The position numbers and the translations under genes are program-made. Below, in pieces: positions 53,860 to 64,000 of a stretch of 64,000 nt of DNA (position 1 is the first letter of the stretch; each line of letters opens with the position of its first letter). This DNA comes from Ascoidea asiatica JCM 7603. Lineage: Eukaryota > Fungi > Ascomycota. A model generated the notes under the pieces. That model had not been told where the DNA came from. It did no database searches and saw only the letters and a list, made by a program, of their open reading frames with translations. The stretch is from the NCBI GenBank assembly GCA_001600695.1, contig BCKQ01000013.1:64045-128044 (forward strand). Reading direction: 5' to 3'.

Positions 53860-55962
53860 ATGTCATTTAGTGGAGATTTAATTCATGTTTCTCCTTTAGA
53901 TATAAATTTACCAATATCGCAAAGTAATTCTTCAAATTTATTAATAAACTCAAATTCAAATTCAAATTCAACAATAATTGATGTGGCGCTTAATAATATT
54001 GATAATCATATAAATAGTAATATTAGCAGTTATAATAACAACAACAACAACAACATCATTACCAATGATAACAATAACCTAATAGCAAAGAAAAAGCAAT
54101 TAAAAAGAAATTCTAAAACTTATTCAAATGATAATAATTCAAATTCATTTAATTTAAATAAAATATCTCCAAGAAAATCAAAATCAATGGATCTATCTTT
54201 TATGTTAAATGATTCAATAAATAATAACATAGAGAGAGATTCTAAAATTATAAAAGTTAAAAGAAAAGATCAAATTAATTCATTTAATACTTTAGATCCA
54301 AATTCAACTATAAAAATTCCATCAATATCTGATAATAATAATAATATTCATAGTAATTCTATTGATAATACTATTGATAATTTTCAATTTGTTGAAAATG
54401 TTTCAGAAAGATTAAAAAGATCAGTTAAAAGAAAAACTTCATATTTTAATGAAGATGATAATAATTTCATAATGGAAAATATTGAAAAAAAAGATAAAAA
54501 AGATAAAAAATTAAAAAATAAGATTCCAAAACATTCAAAAATTTCAAAATCAAAAAAAGATAAAAAAACAAGATCAATTACTTCAAATGATGATTATAAA
54601 ACTTCGAAAAATAAAAGACCTCATGGTAGATCCTCAAAATCCGACAGTTTAATTATCGATATTTATAAAGAGATTGATGATGAATTTGATAATTTTAATA
54701 ATGAAGATAATTATAGAAATTCTCATGAAGATATTAAACAGATTGATAAGAATAATAATAGTCAATCAAGTAATAAAGAAACTTTACCAACAACAAAAGA
54801 TACAAATTTTAATACTTCTTTTTTAACAAAAAGTGATTTAACAAACAATACTTCAATAATTTCAAATAATTCAAATAATAATAATCATCACCATATAACT
54901 AAAGATGATTTAATGGCTTTAAAAGAACTATCAATACCCGATCATTCTCATTCTATTATTAATAATAATGATGATAATAATACTACAAGCATTAATGAAG
55001 AGAATACAGATATAATAGATATAGATGAATTAAAAACTCCAAAAAATCATAAAATTCATTCAATTGAAACTGAAATTATTGATATTGATGATGATGATAT
55101 TGAATTTATCTCAAAATTGAATAGAAAAAATATTATTAATATAAAAAGTTCTCCAAATGATTTAATTAAAGAAAACTCAACAACTACTCATATAAATGAA
55201 CTTGAAAATGAAAATGAAAATGAAATAAGTGGTAAAAAATCAGATTCAAGATTAAATTCTAAATCAAAAAATAAATCATCAAAATCAAAATTAAAAACAA
55301 AAACAAATTCTAAGTCTAAATCTAAATCTAAAAAAAGTCAGAAACAAACATATCAAAGTCCAGAGATGATTGATGCAGATGATTTAGAATCTGAAGAAGA
55401 AGCAGAAAAACTTGAAATACAGCAGGAAATACTTAGAAAAAAATTGTTAGAAGATTCTTTAAAAGATGAAAGTCACCATGATAATAAAAAAAATAATAAA
55501 AATCATTCAATTAATATTTTTGAAAATGAAAAACTGATAAAGGTTAAAATTCACATTGATCCAATAAAATTATCACAAGTTTCGTTAAATAATAAATCTA
55601 TAGAAGAAAAATCAAATACTAATACAAAAATAAAGAAAAATGAAAATAATATTAATAAGAATTCATTAAATTCTATAGAAAACGATATGGAGTTAAAAAA
55701 AAATGAATTAAGAAATAGCAGTAGCAAAGAAATTAAAGATTTAAAAAAAGGAAAACCAATTGAAAACCAAACAAAAGAAATTAAAACAAAAGAAAATGAA
55801 AATATAGATACTAATATTGATAAACCAAAAAGAAAATTAAAAGTTAAAAGAGTTGAAAAAAAATTAAGTGAACTTTGTAAATCTAAACCATATAGAGTAG
55901 GATTATCAAAAAGAGCAAGAATTCAACATTTACATAGTTATTTGGGTAATAAAAAATTATAA
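53860..55962 (+). CDS. Disordered Asn/Lys/Ser-rich protein with C-terminal RxGLS[KR]xAR[IV]xxLH motif
   Basis: Long ORF; first ATG is at 53860 (the track start at 53836 is TTG). Ends KPYRVGLSKRARIQHLHSYLG. Confidence 0.75.
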   Translation: MSFSGDLIHVSPLDINLPISQSNSSNLLINSNSNSNSTIIDVALNNIDNHINSNISSYNNNNNNNIITNDNNNLIAKKKQLKRNSKTYSNDNNSNSFNLNKISPRKSKSMDLSFMLNDSINNNIERDSKIIKVKRKDQINSFNTLDPNSTIKIPSISDNNNNIHSNSIDNTIDNFQFVENVSERLKRSVKRKTSYFNEDDNNFIMENIEKKDKKDKKLKNKIPKHSKISKSKKDKKTRSITSNDDYKTSKNKRPHGRSSKSDSLIIDIYKEIDDEFDNFNNEDNYRNSHEDIKQIDKNNNSQSSNKETLPTTKDTNFNTSFLTKSDLTNNTSIISNNSNNNNHHHITKDDLMALKELSIPDHSHSIINNNDDNNTTSINEENTDIIDIDELKTPKNHKIHSIETEIIDIDDDDIEFISKLNRKNIINIKSSPNDLIKENSTTTHINELENENENEISGKKSDSRLNSKSKNKSSKSKLKTKTNSKSKSKSKKSQKQTYQSPEMIDADDLESEEEAEKLEIQQEILRKKLLEDSLKDESHHDNKKNNKNHSINIFENEKLIKVKIHIDPIKLSQVSLNNKSIEEKSNTNTKIKKNENNINKNSLNSIENDMELKKNELRNSSSKEIKDLKKGKPIENQTKEIKTKENENIDTNIDKPKRKLKVKRVEKKLSELCKSKPYRVGLSKRARIQHLHSYLGNKKL

Positions 55963-55969
55963 ATGATAA

Positions 55970-57154
55970 TTAACAAATTGAAGTTATTGATAAACCAATT
56001 TTCCAATTATAACAACCAATAATTATAAAACTTATTAAAAAAGTAATAAAAATACTTAAAATACAATAAATATAAGCTTGAATAATATTTAAAGATAATA
56101 ATTCATTAATAAAAGTTGAGACAGTTGATAATGAACCACAAAAACCATCAGATAAAGATTGAATAATTTGACAATTAATTAATTTATTATTAATTAAATT
56201 ATAATTTTTAGATCTATTTAAAATTAAACATATTGATAATAAAGTAGTTGCAATTAAATTTGCTAAAAAAGTACCAAAATAATTAAAATTAAAATTTTTT
56301 TTATTAAATTTTGAATTTTTATTAAATTTTAAAGATAAATAATATCTTAATAAAGCACCAAATGGAGTAAAAATACATGATAATGATACAGTTCTCCAAT
56401 TTTTTTTAAAAATTGATAAAAATATAAATATAATTATAAATGAAATTCCAAGAATTTGAAAAATTATTTCAATGAATTTAATATTATTATTTATCTTATT
56501 AATAATTTTTTTATTAATATTTCTTTTCAAAATAAGATTATTAATAAATTCAATTGATAATTGTTTACCAAATAAAAATGCAGAAATAGATAAAGATAAT
56601 TGAGATATAATAATCAAAATAAATTGTAAAAGACCATAAACAACATTTGGGTAATTAAAATAATTATTATTATTAATATTAATTGTATAAGATACAGATT
56701 CTAAGATCATTGAAGAAAATGAAGAAAATGAACCACAATATGCAGTTGTTAAACCTAGTTTAATCAAATCTAAATCAAAAGAAAGTTTTTCATTATTATT
56801 ATTATTATTATTATTATTTTTAACATCGTCTATATTTATTTCATTTTCATTTTCAGTTTCATGATCAACTTCATTATTAATATCATTATCAATATTCTGA
56901 TCAATATTATTATTTAAATCAATTGAATAATTTAAATTCTTAAATAGACCCATAAAAAAACAAGAAGTAAAATTTGACCAAATTATTCCAGGTAAATAAA
57001 CTCCATTAAAATCAGTTAAATATTTCAAACCAATTCTAGATAAAGTACCAAGAATTGAAAAAAAGCAAAAAATTAAAATAATTTTAAAATTTGATAAAAT
57101 ATTTTTATTAAATTCATTTTTATTTTTAATTTTAGTAGATTTTGAAAAAATCAT
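55970..57154 (-). CDS. FEX1: Fluoride exporter with two Fluc/CrcB domains
   Basis: GTLSRIGL, NFTSCFFMG, GLTTAYCGSFSSFSS, GALLRYYL, GTFLAN and DGFCGSLSTVSTF. Confidence 0.93.
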   Translation of the reverse strand: MIFSKSTKIKNKNEFNKNILSNFKIILIFCFFSILGTLSRIGLKYLTDFNGVYLPGIIWSNFTSCFFMGLFKNLNYSIDLNNNIDQNIDNDINNEVDHETENENEINIDDVKNNNNNNNNNEKLSFDLDLIKLGLTTAYCGSFSSFSSMILESVSYTININNNNYFNYPNVVYGLLQFILIIISQLSLSISAFLFGKQLSIEFINNLILKRNINKKIINKINNNIKFIEIIFQILGISFIIIFIFLSIFKKNWRTVSLSCIFTPFGALLRYYLSLKFNKNSKFNKKNFNFNYFGTFLANLIATTLLSICLILNRSKNYNLINNKLINCQIIQSLSDGFCGSLSTVSTFINELLSLNIIQAYIYCILSIFITFLISFIIIGCYNWKIGLSITSIC

Positions 57155-57989
57155 TTTATTAAAATATTCATTTAATTAGAAATTGAATAAAATAATTTGA
57201 AATTTTATTAGCAATAGATTGTCATGATTCAATTTGAATAAGCATAAACTGATATAAAAGAAAAGAATACTAAATATGATTATCTTGAAAATATCTTTAA
57301 TGGTGATAAATAATTTGAAATAATCTATCAAAGCTAAAGGAAATAAATTTAATCAATCATTTGAATAAACAAAAGAAGATTAAAAAAACATCAAACAAGT
57401 GCAAAAGAAGATTGAAATGAAAAAGGTCAAACTCGGAAATAAAAACAAAATCGGAATTAAAAAATCAAAATTTACCAAACAACGTGATGCTACAGTAACC
57501 AAATTTGCGGTACAGCTTTAAATCGAGGGTAAGCGTTTAAAACAAGTAATTTTTTAAACTAAATACGAGGGCTAACGGTCGGATCCATAATTTCCGAATT
57601 CAGCCAGAGATTACACAAAAGAAGCAGAAGCAGCAAAAGAAGCAGAAGAAGCAACAAAAACACCACCAACAACAAGAAGCAACAACCAAAAACAAACAAG
57701 AGAAGAAGCAACAGCAAGAGCAATGAGGAAAAAAGAAAAGAGCAAGAAGAAACAATGCCAAAAGAAAGAAAGTCTCTGCCTCTCCAGAAACAAGAAATGC
57801 ATTTCCAATCCTTTTTTCTCTTGTTTTCCTCTTTTCTTCTTCTTTCCAACAATGGTTCTGCTGCTTTTGATGTCTTTGATTACTTTGATGTCTTTGATGT
57901 CTTTGATGACTTTGTTTCTCTTAAGTCATTATCCACCGTAATATAACCAAATATCTAATTGATTTAAATCTAATAAGTTGAATATTAAA

Positions 57990-58721
57990 ATGAATTTTGA
58001 AAAAAAATTGATATATTTTATTAATTTGATATTTAAATTTTATAAATTATTTAAATTAAATTATTATAAAATTTATTATAAAAATAGATATCCAATTGAT
58101 AGATTATTTGATAAAGTAATCAAAAGAAATAATATTTTATATTTCTTTTATTTACAATTTAAATTAAAAATGTTTAAAAATTCATTTAATTATCCAAATA
58201 ATGATAATAATAATGATCAAACTTTAGATAGTAATAATAATAATGATAATAATGATAATAATGACAATAATAAAGAAAATTCTTCAAATAATTTTTTAGC
58301 TATACCTGCTGCAAGAGCTGCTGCAAATAATTCTTTATTAAATAAAAAACTTCAAGATATTTCAAATCAAAATCTTTATAATTATAATAATTATCCTTCA
58401 AGATTAAATACAATATCATCCATTAAAACAATAAATAAAAATTTAAATAAAAATTTAAATAAAAATTTAAATAAAAATTCAAATTCCATTTATCATACTT
58501 GTAAATCACAAACAAATACCATTACAAGTACCAATACAAATACTATTAATAATATTAATACCAAATTATTATTAAAAAAAAAGAAAATAATTAATCATTC
58601 AAACAATTATTTGAATAATAATTCAAAAAATTATTCAGATTTAATAAATTTAAAAAAAATTAATATTATAATCTTAGGTGATAAAAATTGTGGAAAATCT
58701 TCTTTATTATTATCTTTTATC

Positions 58722-58762
<41 letters not shown>

Positions 58763-60044
58763 TGATAATGATAATAGTAATGATGATAATGATAATAATA
58801 ATAATTATAATGATAAACCTAATGATATTAATAATGAACATAAGAATAACAAGATTAATAAGATTAAAAAATTATCAATTATTGAAAATTATAATAAATC
58901 TTTATTTTTTAAAAATCCAATTAATAAAAATATAATTTTAAATTTATGGGATTTACCTGGTGATGAAAATTATGATAGAATTAGACCTTTAATTTATGCT
59001 GATGTTAATATAATTTTATTATGTTTTGATATTTCAAATTTATTAAGTTTTAATAATATTAAAGATAAATGGATTCCAGAAATTGAAAATTATTGTCCAA
59101 ATATTCCAATACTTTTAATTGGTTTAAAATCTGATTTAAGAATTAATTCATTAAATAATAATAATAATATTATAAATATTGAAAATTCTATAAAATTAAG
59201 TCAATTAATTAAATCAAATGGTGGTTATATTGAATGTTCAAGTAAAAAAATGATTAATATTAATGAAATTTTTTTAATTGTTTCAAAAATTATTTTAAAA
59301 AAAAATTATAATTTTCTTGATATAAATAATGATATTGATATTGATTTTAATAATATTAATAATAACATTTATAATAATGAAAATGATAATGAATTTATTA
59401 ATAATGAAAATGAAAATGAAAATGTTGAAGATTTACTTGATAGAGAAATTTCAAGAAGTTTGAGAAGTATAAATTTAAATTTAAATGATTTGAATGATTT
59501 GAATGATGATTATGATATTTATAATGATGAAGATAAGTATGAGGATATTAACCAGGATATATATGATGATAATAATTATGAAAATGAAAATATTATAAAT
59601 AATAATGAATTTTATAAATTAAGAAAAACATTATCAAGTGATAATATATATAAAAATATTAATATGTTTAAAAGTATTTCAGATATTTCAGTTAAACCAT
59701 TAGATATTAAACCAAAATTTCAAAATAATGGAAAACTTAAAGAAAACCAAAAGGATAACGTAAAAGATAACCAAAAAGAGAAGCAAAAAGAAAAAGAAAT
59801 AAGAATTTTTGAATGTCAATCTGTTGATAGAGGAAGTTTTAAAACTTATAATTCTTTTAGATCTATTAATCGTCCAAGATCAATGGCAACATCATTAAGA
59901 TCTGGTATTAATAGTGCAGGTGCAAGTAGTGAATTTAATTATAATTATGGATATAATAAAATACGAAGAAGAAAATTATTAAAAAATTCAAAAAAAAGAA
60001 CAACTTCATATTCAAGAAATAAAGCAGAATGTGTTATATTATAA
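57990..60044 (+). CDS. Atypical large Rho-family GTPase (Rho4-like) with CAAX box
   Basis: IIILGDKNCGKSS, IIENY, LWDLPGDENYDRIRPLIY, CFDI, KWIPEI, GLKSDLR, ECSSK and terminal CVIL. Start is ATG 57990 or 58170; the track start is TTG. Confidence 0.85.
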
Positions 60045-60147
60045 TATGATAATGTATTTTCAAATTTGCTTTCTTCTTTTATTTCAATCTTTTTCTTTTT
60101 TTTTTTGTTCATTTCTTCAGTAAAAGTTAATAAATTATGATTTCTTT

Positions 60148-60447
60148 TCATTTCTCATTTGATTTTTCATTTGAAGTTTCCTTTCTCTTTTCTGCAGCAG
60201 CTTTTTCCTGAGAAACATTATCATAAAAACTTTTCCAAATGGTTGAGATGTTCTTGAATTGATTTCCAACAGTGACAGTATGTTCCAAAGATCTATTCAA
60301 ACTATTCATATTATCCATCAAAGAATCAGTTATCAAATTAACTTCTTGCAATATTAGTTTTTTATCAGCTAAAAAATCTTTATCATCGTAAACATCTTCA
60401 CCACTCAAAGCTTCATTTGTAAGAATATTAGATTGTCTCTCAGACAT
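60148..60447 (-). CDS. DAD1: DASH/Dam1 complex subunit Dad1
   Basis: F..DKKLILQEV...NMNSLNRSLE....VGNQF.NIS.IWKSFYD. Confidence 0.88.
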   Translation of the reverse strand: MSERQSNILTNEALSGEDVYDDKDFLADKKLILQEVNLITDSLMDNMNSLNRSLEHTVTVGNQFKNISTIWKSFYDNVSQEKAAAEKRKETSNEKSNEK

Positions 60448-60927
60448 TTGAATTACTATTTTCGAGATTGATCCTTTATTACTTGGAATAATTATTACTT
60501 TCCTCTTTATTCTTTATTTATTTGTTCTTCTTCTTCTTCTTCTTCTCTTTCTTTTGTTTTTGTTTGTTTATTTTGATTTGTTTTCATGAGCGAATAAAAA
60601 CGCGTGATTTCGCCGATTCGGATCCAAGCTGCGATTTTCACTTTCACCCAGAAAGAATCGAGGCAAAAAAGGCAAAAGATAAAAAAAAGGTGTAAAAAGA
60701 TGTGAAAGAGAGAAAAGACTGAAAAGACTGAAAACATGAGGAAGAGATATAAAACAAATGAAAGAGACTGGAGAAACTGAGGAAACTGAAATTATTTTAT
60801 ACTTATAATCCAATTCATTTTCTTCTCGAACTTATTACAATTCATCATTACTTAATACTCTTAAGGATACAACCAAGACTAATATTAATACTAATACTAA
60901 GAACTAAGAACTAAATTATAATTCAAA

Positions 60928-62415
60928 ATGATTAATCCAAGATATTTAAAATTATCAAAGAATTCATTTAATAAATCTTCTTTATATTTCTCAAGAAATA
61001 TTCATTCAACTTTAAATTTATTCAATAAAAGAATTGAAACTGATGCATTTGGTGAAATTGAAGTTGAAGATTCTAAATATTGGGGTGCTCAAACTCAACG
61101 TTCTTTATTAAATTTTGATATTGGTCAACCAACTTCAAGAATGCCACCACCTGTAATTAAAGCTTTTGGAATTTTAAAAAAATCAGCTGCAATAATTAAT
61201 GAAAGTTATGGAACTTTAGATTCTAAAATTGCAAATGCAATTCAACAAGCTTCAACTGAAGTTATTGAAGGTAAATTAATTAATCATTTTCCATTAGTTG
61301 TTTATCAAACTGGTTCTGGTACTCAATCAAATATGAATGCAAATGAAGTTATTTCAAATAGAGCTATTGAAATTCTTGGTGGTATTAAAGGTACTAAAAA
61401 ACCTGTTCATCCAAATGATCATGTTAATATGTCTCAATCTTCAAATGATTCATTTCCAACTGTAATGCATATTTCAGCAGTTTTAGAAATTACAAATACT
61501 TTATTACCTGAATTAAATTTATTAAAAGATTCTTTAAATAAAAAAAGTGAAGAATTTAAAGATATTGTAAAAATTGGTAGAACTCATTTACAAGATGCAA
61601 CTCCATTAACTTTAGGTCAAGAATTTTCTGGTTATGTTCAACAAATTTCAAATGGTATTGAAAGAGTTCAAAATTCTTTATATCATTTAAAATTTTTAGC
61701 TCAAGGTGGTACTGCTGTTGGTACTGGTTTAAATACAAGAATTGGTTGGGATAAAGATATTGCAAAAACTGTAAGTAAATTAACTGGAATTGAATTTAAA
61801 ACTGCTCCAAATAAATTTGAAGCTTTAGCAGCTCATGATGCAATTGTTGAAGCAAGTGGTGCTTTAAATACTTTATCTGTATCATTATTTAAAATTGCTC
61901 AAGATATTAGATATTTAGGTTCTGGTCCAAGATGTGGTTATGGAGAATTATCATTACCTGAAAATGAACCAGGTTCTTCAATTATGCCTGGTAAAGTTAA
62001 TCCAACACAAAATGAAGCTTTAACAATGATTTGTACACAAGTTTTTGGTAATAATCAAACAATTACATTTGCAGGAGCTTCTGGACAATTTGAATTAAAT
62101 GTTTTTAAACCTGTAATGATTTTCAATTTATTAAATTCAATAAAATTATTATCTGATGGTTGTAAATCTTTTAGAATACATTGTGTTGATGGTATAAAAG
62201 CAAATAAAGATAAAATTAATAAATTATTACATGAATCTTTAATGTTAGTTACAGCTTTAAATCCAAAAATTGGTTATGATAAAGCTTCAAAAGTTGCAAA
62301 AAATGCTCATAAAAAGGGTATTACTTTAAAAGAATCTGTTTTAGAATTAGGTTATTTAAATGAAAAAGAATTTAATGAATGGGTTGTACCAGAAAATATG
62401 ATTGGTCCAAAATAA
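60928..62415 (+). CDS. FUM1: Fumarate hydratase class II with mitochondrial presequence
   Basis: [39 protein letters not shown] and [13 protein letters not shown]. Confidence 0.99.
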   Translation: MINPRYLKLSKNSFNKSSLYFSRNIHSTLNLFNKRIETDAFGEIEVEDSKYWGAQTQRSLLNFDIGQPTSRMPPPVIKAFGILKKSAAIINESYGTLDSKIANAIQQASTEVIEGKLINHFPLVVYQTGSGTQSNMNANEVISNRAIEILGGIKGTKKPVHPNDHVNMSQSSNDSFPTVMHISAVLEITNTLLPELNLLKDSLNKKSEEFKDIVKIGRTHLQDATPLTLGQEFSGYVQQISNGIERVQNSLYHLKFLAQGGTAVGTGLNTRIGWDKDIAKTVSKLTGIEFKTAPNKFEALAAHDAIVEASGALNTLSVSLFKIAQDIRYLGSGPRCGYGELSLPENEPGSSIMPGKVNPTQNEALTMICTQVFGNNQTITFAGASGQFELNVFKPVMIFNLLNSIKLLSDGCKSFRIHCVDGIKANKDKINKLLHESLMLVTALNPKIGYDKASKVAKNAHKKGITLKESVLELGYLNEKEFNEWVVPENMIGPK

Positions 62416-62625
62416 GTAATTTTTATATAATTTTTATATGATTTTTTATGTATATAGAATATGAATAGATTATGAAAGAAATAAGATTATAAATTAATAT
62501 ATTAATTGGTATTTTTGTGTAAAAGAAAAAAAAAAAAAAGAAAGAAAAAAAAATGCATAAACAATGTAATTAACAAATAAATAATAAATAAATAACAAGA
62601 GAATAACGTAAATTGAATAATTAAT

Positions 62626-63777
62626 TTAATTTATAAAGAATTTTTTTGAATCCCAGATATATAACATTTCATCCCAACCAGTTGTTGCAACCCAACCTGG
62701 ATCACCCCAAAGAGACCAATCACAACCAAAAATAAATTCATTATGTTTATTAAAAATTGCTTTACAAGCAATTGAATGATTAATTTTATTTGCTAAATAA
62801 TATGGTTTTTTTGAAATTAAATTATCTGTTGAATCATTCCAAATTCTTGAAGACATATCATATGAACATGATAATAAATAATTTGAATTATGAGGAGAAT
62901 AATTAATTTTTCTTATTGCAAAATCATGACCAATTAATTGATTAATTGGAGATTGAATTTTTAAATTTGTTAACATTTTTAAATCCCAAATTTTAATAAT
63001 TTTATCAACACCTGCAGTTGCAAAAATTGTTGAATTATATTTATTCCAATCACAAGCTAAAGTTTCTTGATTTGAATTTGAAATAAAATCAAGTATTAAT
63101 GGATTTGAAGAACGTAAATCCCATAATTGTAAATGAGATGAAGCATTAACAGATATTAAAATATTTGGATTATGAGGAGAAAATTGAACTTGATATATAC
63201 AATCTTGAGTTGAAAGATTATTTGGATTACCTGGATTATTATTTGATTGTTTTATTAAAGGTACAGAAGATTGTTTTAAAATTTTATTATTATTAATATT
63301 AGATATAGGATTAGATAAAGTTGAAGAATGATCAATAGAATTTGAAAATAAAGTTAAAATACTTTTTTTATTATTTGGAGACCATAATTTTATTGAACCA
63401 TCCCAAGAAGAAGTTGCGAAATTAATTTTATTAATTAAATCTATTGAAATTGAATAAATTTCTCTTTTATGTTCATTCCAATTCATTATTGGAAATTGAT
63501 TAAAATTTAAATCAAATAATTTTATAGAACCATCACCAGAAACTGAATAAATTAAATTTTCATTAATTTCACTCCATGATAAATCATATAATGAATCTTG
63601 AGTTTGAAATGAATTAATAACTTTGATTTCACCATTATTTTGAATTTCTAATATGAATAATTTTCCATTTCCTAATAAACCATAATTTGCAGAAGTTGCA
63701 ACAGCTAGTTTATTATCAAAAAAAGGAGAGTATTTTGTAGCATAACCACTGAAACCAGTAGTCTTGAAAGATAACAT
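62626..63777 (-). CDS. PEX7: PTS2 peroxisomal import receptor (WD40)
   Basis: MLSFKTTGFSGY..KYSPFFDNKLAVATSANYGLLGNGKL, CDWNKY and WVATTGWDE. ATG at 63777; the track start is GTG. Confidence 0.96.
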   Translation of the reverse strand: MLSFKTTGFSGYATKYSPFFDNKLAVATSANYGLLGNGKLFILEIQNNGEIKVINSFQTQDSLYDLSWSEINENLIYSVSGDGSIKLFDLNFNQFPIMNWNEHKREIYSISIDLINKINFATSSWDGSIKLWSPNNKKSILTLFSNSIDHSSTLSNPISNINNNKILKQSSVPLIKQSNNNPGNPNNLSTQDCIYQVQFSPHNPNILISVNASSHLQLWDLRSSNPLILDFISNSNQETLACDWNKYNSTIFATAGVDKIIKIWDLKMLTNLKIQSPINQLIGHDFAIRKINYSPHNSNYLLSCSYDMSSRIWNDSTDNLISKKPYYLANKINHSIACKAIFNKHNEFIFGCDWSLWGDPGWVATTGWDEMLYIWDSKKFFIN

Positions 63778-64000
63778 TATGCACACTTCATATATATATG
63801 TATATCATCGACTGATCTATTCTTTATTGGGTCTCTTACTCTGTTGATCTCTTCGTCTTCTGCTCTTCTGACACCTTCTTTTTTTTTCTTTTCTTTTCTT
63901 CCTGCTTCAAATTCACACGCAGCAAACCCACCAAAAAAGAACTCGAAAAGCGAGATAAAAATCTGAGATTAGCAATTCACGGAAAAACACGCCACTGAAT

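Overview
Very AT-rich, gene-dense, apparently intron-poor region of a budding-yeast (Saccharomycotina-type) nuclear chromosome. The species cannot be fixed from the sequence. It holds about 19 protein genes (DHA1/QDR-type MFS pump, FRE ferric reductase, PRY/CAP, STE24, class-III aminotransferase, Ric8-like, TOP2, a Rho-like GTPase/DH-PH fusion, PDE2, HAL3/SIS2, ARP4, NUP2, an LCAT-like hydrolase, PDX3, a RAD51AP1-motif protein, FEX1, an atypical Rho, DAD1, FUM1, PEX7) and an intron-containing tRNA-Arg(UCG). The dominant structure is a near-identical 5.08-kb inverted repeat (23052-28131 and 47137-52218) enclosing a 19.0-kb block of five co-oriented genes. This is the geometry of an invertible flip/flop cassette, but I see no recognisable MAT genes. 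Each arm carries the hydrolase gene (intact in the right arm, 2-bp frameshift in the left), a decayed ORF and a nested 204-bp element with 35-bp inverted ends. Both junctions of the left arm are straddled by short fold-back repeats. Also notable: two overlapping perfect palindromes (48-bp and 61-bp arms) just 3' of STE24, and dense motif arrays (YAACGK, RTCACRTG, phased GATA). Family calls are from motif recognition only; no database searches were run.
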